From: Macrostomum lignano
Lineage: Eukaryota
Length of the DNA: 64,000 nt
Direction: 5' to 3'
Assembly (NCBI GenBank): GCA_002269645.1
Contig: NIVC01000479.1
Span: 1 to 64,000, forward strand
Position numbers and translations under genes: made by a program. Position 1 is the first letter of the stretch; each line of letters opens with the position of its first letter. A model generated the notes under the pieces. That model did not search any database. It saw only the letters and a list, made by a program, of their open reading frames with translations, and had not been told where the DNA came from. Below are positions 1 through 11,904 of this stretch, piece by piece.

Positions 1-320
1 CGATTCTTTAGGGAAATTCTATTACAGGGCGATTCTTTAGGGAAATTCTATTACAGGGCGATTCTTAGGGAAATTCTAATTACAGGGCGATTCTTTAGGG
101 AAATTCTATTACAGGGCGATTCTTTAGGGAAATTCTATTACAGGCGATTCTTTAGGGAAATTCTATTACAGGGCGATTCTTTAGGGAATTCTATTACAGG
201 GCGATTCTTTAGGGAAATTCTATTACAGGGCGATTCTTTAGGGAAATTCTATTACAGGGCGATTCTTTAGGGATATTCTATTACAGGGCGATTCTTGTAG
301 GGATATTATATTACAGGGCG
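1..320. repeat. 29-bp tandem repeat (CGATTCTTTAGGGAAATTCTATTACAGGG), about 11 copies, runs off the left edge; lies in an MFSD1 intron
   Basis: Unit read directly; degenerate copies resume at about 955-1003 after the retroelement. Confidence 0.95.
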
Positions 321-339
321 ATTAGAGTAAAATAGAGTA

Positions 340-950
340 TCCCTATTACTACGACGACGACCTAATTTACGACGACCTAGCGAGACGGCGCAGCAAGGCC
401 TGGCTGCCTTCCAATCTGTGCGGGCGTGCTGCTGCTCGAGGCCCTGTCCGACGGCGCCAGGTCCCAGCTGTTCCAGGCGGTTGTTGAGACCGCCCTGCTG
501 TACAATGCTGAGACCTGGACGCTGACCGGGGCGCTTGAGGCGCAGCTCGACGCGGCACATGCGGCCCTAGTCCGCGCCACTTTCGGCGCCCGCCGCGGCC
601 CTGGTAGCGAGACAACCGAGTCCCTGTACAAGCGCACAGGCCTGACGCGGCCTTCTGCCCTGCTGAGACAGCGGCGCCTGCGGCTGGCCGGACATGTCAT
701 CCGGGCCGAAGCTTACTGCCAGAGCCGCTGCAGGACGTCCTGTTGTGGACACCGCAGGGACCGCGCAGGCGTGGCCAGGGACGATCAGCCCCGCTACGTC
801 GACCGCCTTTTTGAAGATGCGCGAGCACCCAGCCAGGCGGCCGGTGTGAAGCACATTAGAGACCTAGCTCTGAAACGCGCGATTGACGCTCCCCCCTTTT
901 GGCCACTTCTGTGGCTGGCGTGGGGCGTAACTATTATTATTATTATTATT
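340..950 (+). mobile_element. 5'-truncated non-LTR retrotransposon (RT C-terminal region, RTE-like), frameshifted, with (TAT)n tail
   Basis: Translation DDLARRRSKAW..LFQAVVETALLYNAETWTLT..LRQRRLRLAGHVIR matches the conserved post-RT region of LINEs; frameshifts near 400-425 and 720-790; (TAT)n at 932-950. Confidence 0.8.
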
Positions 951-1023
951 TTTGTTATTACAGGGGCGATTATTTAGGGATAATTTATTACAGGGGCGAC
1001 TTCTAAAAAACCAGAATTCTCAC

Positions 1024-1340
1024 CTTATTAATAAAAGCGCCAAAGGCGAACAGCAACTGACCAACCAGACAAAACGATGAGAAAATAATTGCTCCAAGGC
1101 GAATACCAAACAGCCTGTCAATCAGGTAGCCACCAATCATTGACAGCACAACATTCGGCCAAGAATACCAGGCGTAGAAGGACGAGTACTGGGCGGTGGT
1201 CAGGCTTAAGTCTTCTGTCATGACGTCTTGCAGAGCGCTTGGATTATCGTAGCAGAAATACGAGCCAAATGACAGGAAGCACATGAAGGACAAGGCGAGA
1301 TAGCGGTGCAGCGCCGACCGAGGGTTGCAGGCAGCGCAGC
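1024..1340 (-). CDS. MFSD1: MFSD1-like lysosomal MFS transporter, coding exon 2
   Basis: CNPRSALHRYLALSFMCFLSFGSYFCYDNPSALQ..YAWYSWPNVVLSMIGGYLIDRLFGIRLG matches the MFSD1 signature FGSYFCYDNP/WYSWPNVVL; acceptor TTCAG| at 1341, donor |GTGAGA at 1023; later exons lie outside the window. Confidence 0.92.
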
Positions 1341-2868
1341 CTGAATCAACAATTTCAATGGAATCAGTTTTGATGGCACAATTTGAAAACAATAAATAAT
1401 ATGAAGTGGTGGGTGCAAAAAAAACCTGATCATTACAAGTTGCTAACTATAATGGTATTGATTATTGGTTGACTTAATTAATTGAGACAATTCTAATATT
1501 TATGATTAGTTTTATAGCTCCTTTTATCTATCCATTGTTATCTTGAAACAATCCATAGTTACCACTAAATCATACCATTTTTCTTAATACCTTATCCCTT
1601 AGTCAACCTAAATTTGGGATAAAAAAGTAAATTTTTGTAACACCTTCCTTACTATCTTTAGCCATGTGTAGCAACTATTGAAGTGATTCAAAACATTTGG
1701 TAATCTTTACCACAAAATCCTATGTTTAGCAACCATTGAAGTGATTCAAAACATTTGGTATTGGTATCCTATTTTGCTATAAAAATATTTTTCTAAATTT
1801 CAAATTTTATTTGCATCAACTTGTACAAAAAGCTAGAATCTAGAATAAGTAACTGTATCAATATTTAAGTTTTCTAATTTTATAGCTGTTAAAAGAACAA
1901 AATACAAAAATCATATAAATAAAAAAGTAACTACTATTAGCTTGGTTATTTGGTTATACAATAATAAATATAATCTAAAATTTGGTTGCTTTATAATTAT
2001 AGTAAAGAAGATAGTATAGCAAATGAAAATGTCTAAAAGCCACAGCAATAAGCCTAGGCATCTTAAGGCTTATTTACATTGCTATCAAACAAGCTGCCAA
2101 AACATAAACAATTTAAGCATAGTTCCAGTTTACTGCATTAAACTATTTCGCCCTCTATTCAAAGGTAGGGGGGGGGGTTGGAATATAATGAAGTAAACTA
2201 GAACCTGCCACAATTTAAGCGCTTACAAAGGAATCAAATATGATATACAAATTGGGTGATCACATAAAATTTGGTCTTATTTGATAGCATTATAAGTAAA
2301 TATTTAATTTCTAAGTATTATTTTTAATTATTATTATTAGATAATCATTACTAAATAATTACTGATTTAATTATTATTTATTAAAATATATAACTAATAA
2401 ATATACAAATTCAAAAGCTTAAATCTTAGATTTTTACTTTTTAGCATTCTTTTGTAATTTATATCATGCACTCAAAGACTCAATTAGGCTCATGCACTTA
2501 ATTTAATAATTAATCTAGCAAAAGCTTTTAGGCCTATAAAAATTAGAAAATGAGATTTTTATATATTTAGTTCAAGAAGTTGTGAAAAAATAAAGCTAAA
2601 ATCTTGACTTGATTAAATTAAAGAAGTATTTTTAGTTACTTAGGAAACTTTTTAGTCTATAAGTATTGTGGCTCTAGATTTTGTTCAACAGATAAAAATA
2701 TTGGCTATGCCACTGAAAACGTTGATTAAAGGCAGATATAATTTTGAAGATTTTTATTAACACACTGCTTGGAAATAATGGAGGAAGAATTAGGCCTAGT
2801 AAGGGATAATTGAGTAGTAAATGCAGCATTGTATTGTCAATAAGTCGAAAATGTAGATATTTATTTAC

Positions 2869-2965
2869 CTTGGTACTCAACTTCATTGTTATGGTCCCCA
2901 GTTGGTGCATTTAGGGCAGGAGACTGATTGCTTAAAAGAGGACTTGTTTCCTCTGCACTATCCAT
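2869..2965 (-). CDS. MFSD1: MFSD1-like, coding exon 1 (MDSAEETSPLLSNQSPALNAPTGDHNNEVEYQG)
   Basis: ATG at 2965, donor AAG|GTAAAT, 97 nt (phase 1) joins exon 2 in frame; contains the dileucine motif ETSPLL. Confidence 0.75.
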
Positions 2966-3944
2966 GACAGGCTAAACTTTTGCAAAGTTACAAGCTACTA
3001 GGGTAGGGTCTAATCTAATTAAATACTTAGCTCTGCTGGATACTAGTATGGGCCTAAAAACTCCGTCTAGTCTAGGTCGACAACTGCCAAGAAAATGATG
3101 TTTGTGTTTATTACTAAAAACGATAAAGTTAAAAATTTGCAGTACTAACAAGAGCCATTTGATCTACTTTATTTTAACTGAAACTTGCGTGAATAAAACT
3201 TAGTTTGATAAACAATATAATACTAAAGTTGAAGTCTAACAAACGCCAAAGAAAAATCATTTTAAGTTTTGATAAACTGATTAACGGATTAGTTTAATAT
3301 TAAATAGGCTGTCTTAGAATAAAAAGCACTACGTTTTGAGATCGAGATTCGCTGAATTTTTGCGCATATATTGATAATGCAGGTGCTACAGAGCAGTGCT
3401 TTATTCTGAAAACAATGCTTAAAAACCATATGCAGATTGGCTTTCTCTTCAAAACATTAAACGGTGTTTGTTCTGCGCAGTTACACTAGCTGTAATCAGC
3501 ATGTTTTACTTTTTTGTGGTGGCAAATAATTGCTTCGACTTTGTGCTGAGGCCCGGCCTGAAACGCTAAATGTGCTACTCCGCCGTTGTACATGACCGAT
3601 GCCTCTGATCATTCAGAGCTGGAAATTATACACTGATGTACATGTATATTTCTAGCGCCTGTACATTTTATTATTGCATGAATATCATATGTATGATGTA
3701 TAGCTACATCCATCCTGGCCGCGGCCCCCACTAATTTTTGCGTGCCCTCCCAATTCTTCCCCTGTGATTCTTGCGCCCCTGTGATGACTCACCCCACTTC
3801 CCGCGCACCAGCCCAACTCAATTCTATTTTATAAATAATTCATGCGTGTAACGGTTTCTGATCCCTTATCTTCCCAAGCTTCTTCCTGCCTGTTACATAA
3901 TCCCCCATTATAAATTATTTTTCTCGCTGCGCACCTCAATTTCT

Positions 3945-4072
3945 CGTCCAATCACAGCGCGGCTGACGTGGGTGACGTCAAAGTGGCTGTTGGTAATTGA
4001 GGTCAAGGACAAGTCACGCCCTTCAATATTACGTGATTGCATGACGCATAATCTCATCAGGGCTATAAATAA
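3945..4072 (+). promoter_or_regulatory. Pol II promoter-like module: CCAAT, TGACGTGG, TGACGTCA (CRE), TATAAAT
   Basis: CCAAT 3947, TGACGTGG 3964, TGACGTCA 3973, TATAAAT 4064; no downstream ORF identified. Confidence 0.45.
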
Positions 4073-4134
4073 AATACTGTTTCGCACCAAACCGTTTCCG
4101 ACCCATATTCTCCCTGCCGCGTTTCCAGCTTACG

Positions 4135-4203
4135 CGGAGCTGCAACAATTCCGTTCGGAGCTGCAACAATTCCGTTCGGAGCTGCAACAATTCCGTTCGG
4201 AGC
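4135..4203. repeat. 21-bp tandem repeat x3 (CGGAGCTGCAACAATTCCGTT)
   Basis: Three exact copies plus a partial copy. Confidence 0.9.
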
Positions 4204-5041
4204 CTCCTTCTCCCTTTTGGTGCGGATCGGAGCTGTAACGTCCTTGACTGCAGCCGCCGCCGTGACTATCCGACGACCACCGTGCCAACAAGAAGTCCTG
4301 ACCTGCCCGTGGGCCACGTCTATAAGGTACTAAATTTGTATTTCTTTCTCTGTTGCGCTGCCCTTGTTGAGTATAAGCAGCCCGCGGTCTCCCCCCTCCC
4401 GGGCCATTGCTCATCTTCTAATTTTTCATTCTTAACTTATTAAGTCCGTTTTAATAATTAACTGAATGATTTAGGTCAAGTTTAGGGCCAGTATAAAATC
4501 AGGGCATTACAACTATAGTGTATTCAAATGTTTACTATGAAATGTGAGTAGTGATCGTGCATGGCAATGGGCATGGAATAGAAGCTGAGGGTCAGAGGGA
4601 AAGATTATCGAGTATGAGCCGAATTTAACCAAATAATCATACATGTAGCATGAGTGACAGTACTTCTAAATAAGTCCCAGTAGGATGTGCCGCACGAGAG
4701 AGCCCTGGGACCTGCACTTTAATTCCCATCCCCTGCTGCATCGAACCCATCTAGGAGAAAAGCATAATTAGATGGCGTTATCTTTATATCCACCCTTGGA
4801 ATCCTGGGGCTTATTAGGAGGATATTGTAGTCTCACCAGTTTAAAGATCCCCCTATGCAAAAGCACTGAATAACTAGACTGTCTCTGTGTGCCTCGCATA
4901 GAGTTCCTCAATCGGCCACTTTGTTCTGTTGTTGAATTAACGAACGCAGAAACAAGATAGATAATTATCCGGGCGCTCAGTGGCACCAAAAGAGGGCTTG
5001 GCCAATAGGAGGGCGGCTCGTATATTTATGCACGCGGGGAA

Positions 5042-5118
5042 GGAAAGTTCTAGAAAGACCGGGGAAGGAAACTTCTGGAACTATGCGTAAACAAGTCCGC
5101 GGTGGAAGTTTCTAGAAA
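5042..5118. promoter_or_regulatory. Cluster of three perfect heat-shock elements (nGAAnnTTCnnGAAn)
   Basis: GAAagTTCtaGAA 5043-5055, GAAacTTCtgGAA 5068-5080, GAAgtTTCtaGAA 5105-5117. Confidence 0.7.
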
Positions 5119-5410
5119 CGCTGTCCCCGAACTACCCCTACGCATCGCATGCCTTTGCAATACACAACACACTTCTAGTACAGTTAAGGTCAAGAACCTT
5201 CGGCTGTTACAGACCGCGCGGGAGTCCTGTCTCGTTAGTGAGACTTTTTACCGGGTGCACTCCTGCACAGGTGACTGGTGGCGGTTGCGCCTCTGGCAGC
5301 GTGTGTATTCAAACAATTGCCAGGCCCGCTGTCTAGATAATAGGGATCTTGGCCGCAAGAGAAGTTCAGCTACCGCACCAGCCAGAGACCGACGTAATCT
5401 AGGGGTTACG

Positions 5411-5791
5411 TCTAACAGGTGACACTATCCTCTGTCTAACAGGTGACACTATCCTCTGTCTAACAGGTGACACTATCCTCTGTCTAACAGGTGACACTAT
5501 CCTCTGTCTAACAGGTGACACTATGCTCTGTCTAACAGGTGACACTATCCTCTGTCTAACAGGTGACACTATCCTCTGTCTAACAGGTGACACTATCCTC
5601 TGTCTAACAGGTGACACTATGCTCTGTCTAACAGGTGACATTATCCTCTGTCTAACAGGTGACACTATCCTCTGTCTAACAGGTGACACTATCCTCTGTC
5701 TAACAGGTGACACTGTCCTCTGTCTAACAGGTGACACTATCCTCTGTCGAACAGGTGACACTATCCTCTGTCTAACAGGTGACGCTATCCT
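5411..5791. repeat. 24-bp minisatellite (TCTAACAGGTGACACTATCCTCTG), about 16 copies
   Basis: Unit read directly. Confidence 0.95.
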
Positions 5792-6483
5792 GTCAATGTT
5801 CAGTTTAAACTACAGGTAGCTATACTCGTATTCGTAGAAATTTACCTTATAAATTTTACCTTACCTTACCTTATAAATTGCATACAATTTCAAACAGCTG
5901 ACTTTAACTAACTTTAAGTAGAAAAGTCACATAAATTTCGTGCAAAATATAAAAAAACGTTTGTTTCTATTAAGCGCATATAATTCATTATAAAATATTA
6001 TCAATCGATAACAATCGATTTAGATATCTATAAAATTTATTTTCTCATTGGAATTTTTTAAAACGGTACAAATGATCAAAGCTGCATTGAGCATCAGAAA
6101 AACCAGTTGAAAAAAATATAAAAATACTTGTAGCTGTACAAATTAAAACTAAGTGCATCTGTTGCTATAATATTTAAAACGAGAAAACAGTTCGTTCATA
6201 TTGGCGTTTGATATTGTTCTCACCATAGCTACATTCGGTTTTCTTAAAAATGATCTGGAACGTATCGCTGTATGTTTTAGCTCTTTAGCGACCGAATTAG
6301 TCTATGGCACAACGCGCTCTGCCTTCGACAATTATTGTACATCGAACTAAACAGATTAATTGTATTTTTGGTACCAAAACAATTTTGCGAAAAAAATGAA
6401 TACATTATTCGCAGCCAACTACTTGAAGTAAGCATCGATGATTGAAAAGAATTAATTTCTATTTATTTTTCCATAGCGCTCGA

Positions 6484-6805
6484 TCAGTCAGTCGTAGGTG
6501 GGCCTGAAGCCACCGCCGCCGCCACCGCCTCCTCGCCTGGCTGCCCCCGGTTTGCCGGGTCGGGCAGAGCGGCGGCGCCTGACGGGCCGTCGTCTCGGCC
6601 GTGCAGCACCATGGTGCGCACCTCCTCCATCTCGGCGAACGGGATCCAGTCGTCGCCAACTGGACGCCCAGCGTCGAGACGCTCCCGCTCGGTCTCGAAG
6701 ACGGTTTCGTGCTTCTCCCACGACTGGTCGCAGGCGGCGCACACGAAAACGGAATTGAAGGCGCCGCAGGGGCAGGAGCGGCACTGGTGCTGCCGGGTGT
6801 CGCTT
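6484..6805 (-). CDS. FAM221B: FAM221B-like, exon 3 (terminal)
   Basis: SDTRQHQCRSCPCGAFNSVFVCAACDQSWEKHETVFETERER matches the FAM221B CAACDxxWEEHET motif; acceptor CCCAG| at 6806; stop at 6484. Confidence 0.85.
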
Positions 6806-7016
6806 CTGGGTGCGAGAGGGGGAGAGTCGGGTTTGGATTTGCCATCACGATATGGAATTGAGACATTGGGGAATTGGGAATTGGGAGAATGGGAATCGAG
6901 GGAATCGGGGTAATGGATATCGGTGCATTGGGATTCGGGGCTATTGGGATCAATGGGGGAATTGGGATTCGGGGAATCAGGGAATCGGGGTGTTGGGAAT
7001 TGTGGAATTAGGAAAA

Positions 7017-7280
7017 AGGGAAATGAGGGAAAGGGAAATGAGGGAAAGGGAAATGAGGGAAAGGGAAATGAGGGAAAGGGAAATGAGGGAAAGGGAAATG
7101 AGGGAAAGGGAAATGAGGGAAAGGGAAATGAGGGAAAGGGAAATGAGGGAAAGGGAAATGAGGGAAAGGGAAATGAGGGAAAGGGAAATGAGGGAAAGGG
7201 AAATGAGGGAAAGGGAAATGAGGGAAAGGGAAATGAGGGAAAGGGAAATGAGGGAAAGGGAATTAGGGAATGAGGGAAGG
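7017..7280. repeat. 15-bp G-rich minisatellite (GGGAAATGAGGGAAA), about 17 copies, inside a GGGAAT-rich low-complexity tract (6860-7490)
   Basis: Unit read directly; FAM221B intron 2. Confidence 0.95.
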
Positions 7281-7807
7281 GAAATTTGAAAGCGAGGAAT
7301 TAGGAATCGGGGTATTGGGAAACGATTGGGAATCGGGGAATTAGGAATCAGGAAATTGGGATTTAGGGACTTGGGAATCGGGGAATCGGGAAACGGGGAA
7401 TTGGGGAATAGGGGAATCGGGAAACGGGGAATTGGGAATCGGGAAATTGGAAATTGAGATTCAGGGATTAGGAATCGGGACATTTTCAATTTGGATTTTA
7501 TCCAGGAAATGCAATCAGAACTCGATCATGGGATTAAGAATTGCAGTAAGGTTTAAGTGTCTACTCCCGTAGGGTCATGGGACAATTTGCTGCAATGCCA
7601 CTGACACGCCTTAGCCACTCTATCCTTTTATATCACTACAAAACTCAATGAAAAAAATGATTTATTTTACTATAAGTAGTGTAGTAAATAAATTTCAATA
7701 AATAATGTACAATGCTAGATGTAATTTTCTAATGTTTTTACTATCAGTAGTGTTTAGCAAACCGACTAAAGCAACAATATTGATCAATATTCGTCTAAAT
7801 CTCTCAC

Positions 7808-8100
7808 CTATGCTCCTCGTGCGTGTGTTTGCACCGGCACTTTGCCCGCCAACTGGCCGGATCGAAATCGCGACGCCGTTTCAACCAGAACTCGCCGGCC
7901 TCCTCCGGTCTGGTTGGCACCCATTCGAAGTTGGCGCATTTGCAGTGCTGACACGGCAGCTGGAGGGCCCGGCCGCCAGGCTGCTTGTGCTCGGCGAGGT
8001 TGTGGCCGCAGAAGCAGCGGGAGCCGGAGTGGACGCGCTGGCAGTCCTGCTTGTCGTAGGGCGGCTCCCGGGGTCGCCAGGAGAAATACCAGCCGCTGGC
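7808..8100 (-). CDS. FAM221B: FAM221B-like, exon 2
   Basis: SRCFCGH..PTRPEEAGEFWLKRRRDFDPASWRAKCRCKHTHEEH is the FAM221B core; acceptor TGCAG|, donor |GTGAGA, phases consistent. Confidence 0.9.
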
Positions 8101-8228
8101 CTGCATGGGGGTAGCGACAGGTAGGTGTCTGGTAGATTATCTGGTAAGCATGCAGGGGAGTCTATCAGATGGCCTAGTAGACTAGCAGGATAGTCTGGTA
8201 GGCAAGTAGACAATCTGGTAGCTTACAG

Positions 8229-8365
8229 GGGGAATTGCTGAGATGCCAAGGCTTACTGAGGGAATTGCTGAGATGCCAAGGCTTACTGAGGGAATTTCTG
8301 AGATGCCAAGGCTTACTGAGGGAATTGCTGAGATATCAAGGCTTACGGGGAAAATTGCTGAGAGG
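8229..8365. repeat. 30-bp tandem repeat, about 4 copies (GGGAATTGCTGAGATGCCAAGGCTTACTGA)
   Basis: Unit read directly; FAM221B intron 1. Confidence 0.9.
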
Positions 8366-8492
8366 TCAGAAGCTACATGTTGTTCATTCAAAAAAGTTCA
8401 TTCCATTCTTTGTTGGCTCCCTAACGGGGGGGCGCTGATTGCTAGTACAGTCAAAAGTATCAGCTGAATGAACTTAGCTCTCCCTCTCTAAC

Positions 8493-8816
8493 CTTGGCCT
8501 CCTCAACCGCTCGCATCTCCGGCTCGAACAGCTGCTTCACCTTGGGCGCCAACTCCGCCCCATTCATCGCCTTGGCAACGGCAAGCACATTGTACTGCTC
8601 GGCACGCTGGATTTTGTTAACTCGGAGCTCACCGCCAGGCAGCTGGTAGCGGCCGGGAATCAGGTTGCCCTGCCCGTCTGTTGGAAGCCCGCGACCCCGA
8701 CCGGCGGCCGGTCCAGCGGCGCCTCGCTTAGCAACCGTTTTTGTTGACTTTGACGACGATGATGACGAGGCAGCTGCGCCGGATTTGCCTGGCTGATTTG
8801 GTCGGCTGCTGCTCAT
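8493..8816 (-). CDS. FAM221B: FAM221B-like, exon 1
   Basis: ATG at 8816; NVLAVAKAMNG..VKQLFEPE resembles the FAM221B N-terminal region; donor AAG|GTTAGA phase 0; spliced CDS of 939 nt gives 312 aa without frameshift. Confidence 0.8.
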
Positions 8817-11519
8817 TGTTTGTTTTAAAGCTTGCTGGAGCAGTTTTTACAACAAAAACACGAAGCACAATGTTATTTAAGAAGTCATTTTTTGTTTTAG
8901 ACCTTAAAATAAAGACTTAGCGTTGAACGACACCAAATGCTAGTATATTAGATAAAATCGAATTCTTCTATTATGGGTGCTGTGATGTTCAGTCCATAGA
9001 CAGCCACCACCTATGAACAGCTATAAATAGTTCAATGACTAATTTGCAAATTTACTTGGATAAAATGAAAAATCAAGCGCTCAATTTTCTTTAGATTAAA
9101 TTGAACCCCTAAATTCAAAATGGGTTATTAAAGGCTATATTAAAATAAAACAGTTGTTTTGTTGCTTTCTATTTTTACTTAGTTAAATATATTGATTTGA
9201 ATTTTGAACTAGTAGGCCTACAAGACAATATTTAGATTTACAAAATTAATAACAATGAACTAAAATAAAACTTATCTTGCAAGAAAAATTTGAATCCATT
9301 AGTTTGTTTTATTATTAGGATAAAATGAATTGTCCTATAGTAAGGTCTTAGCCCAAAGTCTTAGCCCATGGTATAAGTTTTTTGTCCTAAATATGCCATA
9401 ATAGGAACATACAAATATAATAGACTTGTTGCTTTTAAAAAGCAAGGAAATTAAAATATATATACCCTTAGTTTCTCAACAATGTTCACATAAATTACCA
9501 CATCATGTCGTTCAAAATTTGATATTCATAAAATATAGAGCATCGTGAGCATGCTTTATTTAAAAATTATTATTATTTAAGTTTTTTACACTAAAAAATT
9601 ATTTATAATAGCAATAACCATAAGTGTTAAAAATCGAATCGCAGGTACAGGCCATAATTAAAAATGTTAAGTCTAGCGCAAAAGATAAGCTTAGAATTCG
9701 AACTGAAAAATGGGACACTTACGGTGTGCGGCCGGGTGTGAGCCTATATAAGCAAGTTGTAGACTTGTAGTGGTAGCGCCCTTACGCCCGCACTGCCCTT
9801 TAAAAATGGATTTTCTGATGTGAAGTTGAATTAGTGCTGTTAATAGATTACTGTGCTGATCTTGTTTAGGAATAAATTTTTAAACGGTTTATATGTAAAA
9901 AAAGACTTGTAATATATTAGTATAGGTACAATGCGTTACATAAATAAATATAATAACCATTTTTGTTGTAACGTTACAGTTTACCTAAGTTTGGGTAGCA
10001 ACGACGTTTAAAAGCTTTATTTGTAAATAATTATTGCTAAAAATAGAATATAGGTTCAAAAACACAGTGAATTAACTGCAAAACGCTTGAAAAACAATGC
10101 TCCACCCACTTTTCCACTACAACTCTTAACATTTTATTTGCACGCAAAAATGAAAAGATCAACATGGAGCAATTTCTTTAATAGTGTGCATTGTAGCAAC
10201 AATAATATTGCAGCAAGCAAAGCAAAGGCGAATGCAATTACTCTTCTCTTTAAAAGTTACATTACAATTTAGATGTCTTGATACTTGTACAAGCACATTT
10301 AGTCTTTTAATATCGTTGACAAAAGCAAAGCAATAAAACGCTCCAAACGTCCTTTTTATTATTTATTGTCAATATCAATTAATAATACGTTCTTTATGAA
10401 ACTATCCACTGACTTGTACTATACGACTACGTAACACTCCTTTGGCAGGTTTTCTTTACCAAAGGCAAAAGAAAAAAATTCCAAGAACTAAAAACGGAAA
10501 ACCAAATAAACTATTTGTGTAAGAGAAAATAAATGATTAAATGGGTCAACAAAGTCAGAGAAATACGAGCTACATAATCTATGGACTACAAGAATTACTA
10601 CCGATTCAAAGCCTGAGTTTTCCATGCACATTTACCTTACGTCGTTACCAGTCCGTGAGGAATCAAACTTCGAGGCACTTATGCATCTATAATATACATT
10701 TGCTTTCTGCAGATCACTAGCGTACGACTCTTTTTATTTTCACTGAGGCGGAAAGTCTGTCTGTGAGTGCTAAGTATAAAATGGTATTAAAATTAATTTA
10801 TAAGTTGGCAGTTTGTTTGAAAATATAATAGTTTGATACAGTTTATATTTTTTTAATTGTTTTAATATTGTATGTATCTATGACGCTTGTCTGGCGATTA
10901 TTTGACACGAATGTAGTAAGGCTTTTAAACGTATAGCTCAATATTATTATTTGGAGGAGCTTCTCTTCAATACTCTCTTTCTTGCAAATTGCATAATAAT
11001 TTTTGTCACTTAAAAGGTAAAGTATTGAAATATAAAAATATAAAATTGCCAATATGCACATAAAATAATGCTTGTTTAAAGTCATTAGCTTAGTTGTTTT
11101 TTATTCATTGGTTGAACAATAATGATGATTTAAAAAGTCAAATAGACTCGTATTAGTTGATATGATTTTACTTGGTGTCTAATTGTCATCTGCTATGGAT
11201 TTTGATAAAAGTTAGCTAATTTATAAGGAAAGCGATCAGTAAATCAGTCCAATAATAATTAAATTAGAAGCAATCAATATTATTTAAGCATATTTTTTAG
11301 ATATTATTCCTACTTTTGCTTTTGTGCAAGTGTATTTTCAAGTTATATTAAATTAATTTCAGGAATTTTTAAGGCTTTAATTGATAAAGTGTACTAAGCA
11401 TCAAAAATAAGATTGATTAAACATATTTTTTTCGAAACAAATACTCCAGCTAGGTAAATAATTTCTAATAATTTACTCTTAATAAAATATTTATTGCAGA
11501 TAATCTAATTTAATCAGAG

Positions 11520-11713
11520 ATGCCAGTCGCTAAGGACAGGCTTGGCTCGCTACAGGTGTGCAAGCTGATCCAGTGCGTTCGGAGCGCAGCAAAGCACAGA
11601 TTGACAAGCTGGTGCAGTGCGGCATACCATATTTGGTTAATTATGGCGAGCCGTACGAAGGCGAGACTGCATTGATTATTGCGGTTAAAGAGAATGACAT
11701 CGATATGATTAAG
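11520..11713 (+). CDS. ANKEF1: ANKEF1 exon 1 (1-nt frameshift near 11580)
   Basis: MPVAKDRLGSLQVCKLIQCVR/ERSKAQIDKLVQCGIPYLVNYGEP..ALIIAVKENDIDMIK parallels the ANKEF1 N-terminus (RLENLQIYKVLQCVR..QIEKL..LINYTEP); frame restored by one extra G in CGGAG; donor |GTGAGG. Confidence 0.85.
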
Positions 11714-11904
11714 GTGAGGCCTAGCAACTCTATGAATACACTCCTAATATAGGGTATATTTTAAGCGAATACTTAGTTGCGACACATGCTGATGGTAAGA
11801 AGTCAATTGGTGTCGCATGTGTCCCAATCCCAGCGGGTGTAAGCCAGGATTTTTCATTGAGGCTGATAATGCTTTTTGGTGGCTGGGCCTTTTCAGTTGA
11901 GGTC

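Noticed and set aside
1-320. Telomere-like array (contains TTAGGG)
   Set aside because: TTAGGG occurs once per 29-bp unit, not as a tandem telomeric tract
3972-4414. ORFs 3972-4238, 4063-4317 and 4130-4414
   Set aside because: Short, overlapping, inflated by the 21-bp repeat, no recognisable domain
10430-10720. Possible THAP or transposase relic in the FAM221B-ANKEF1 interval
   Set aside because: Only short stop-ridden frames with no diagnostic motif
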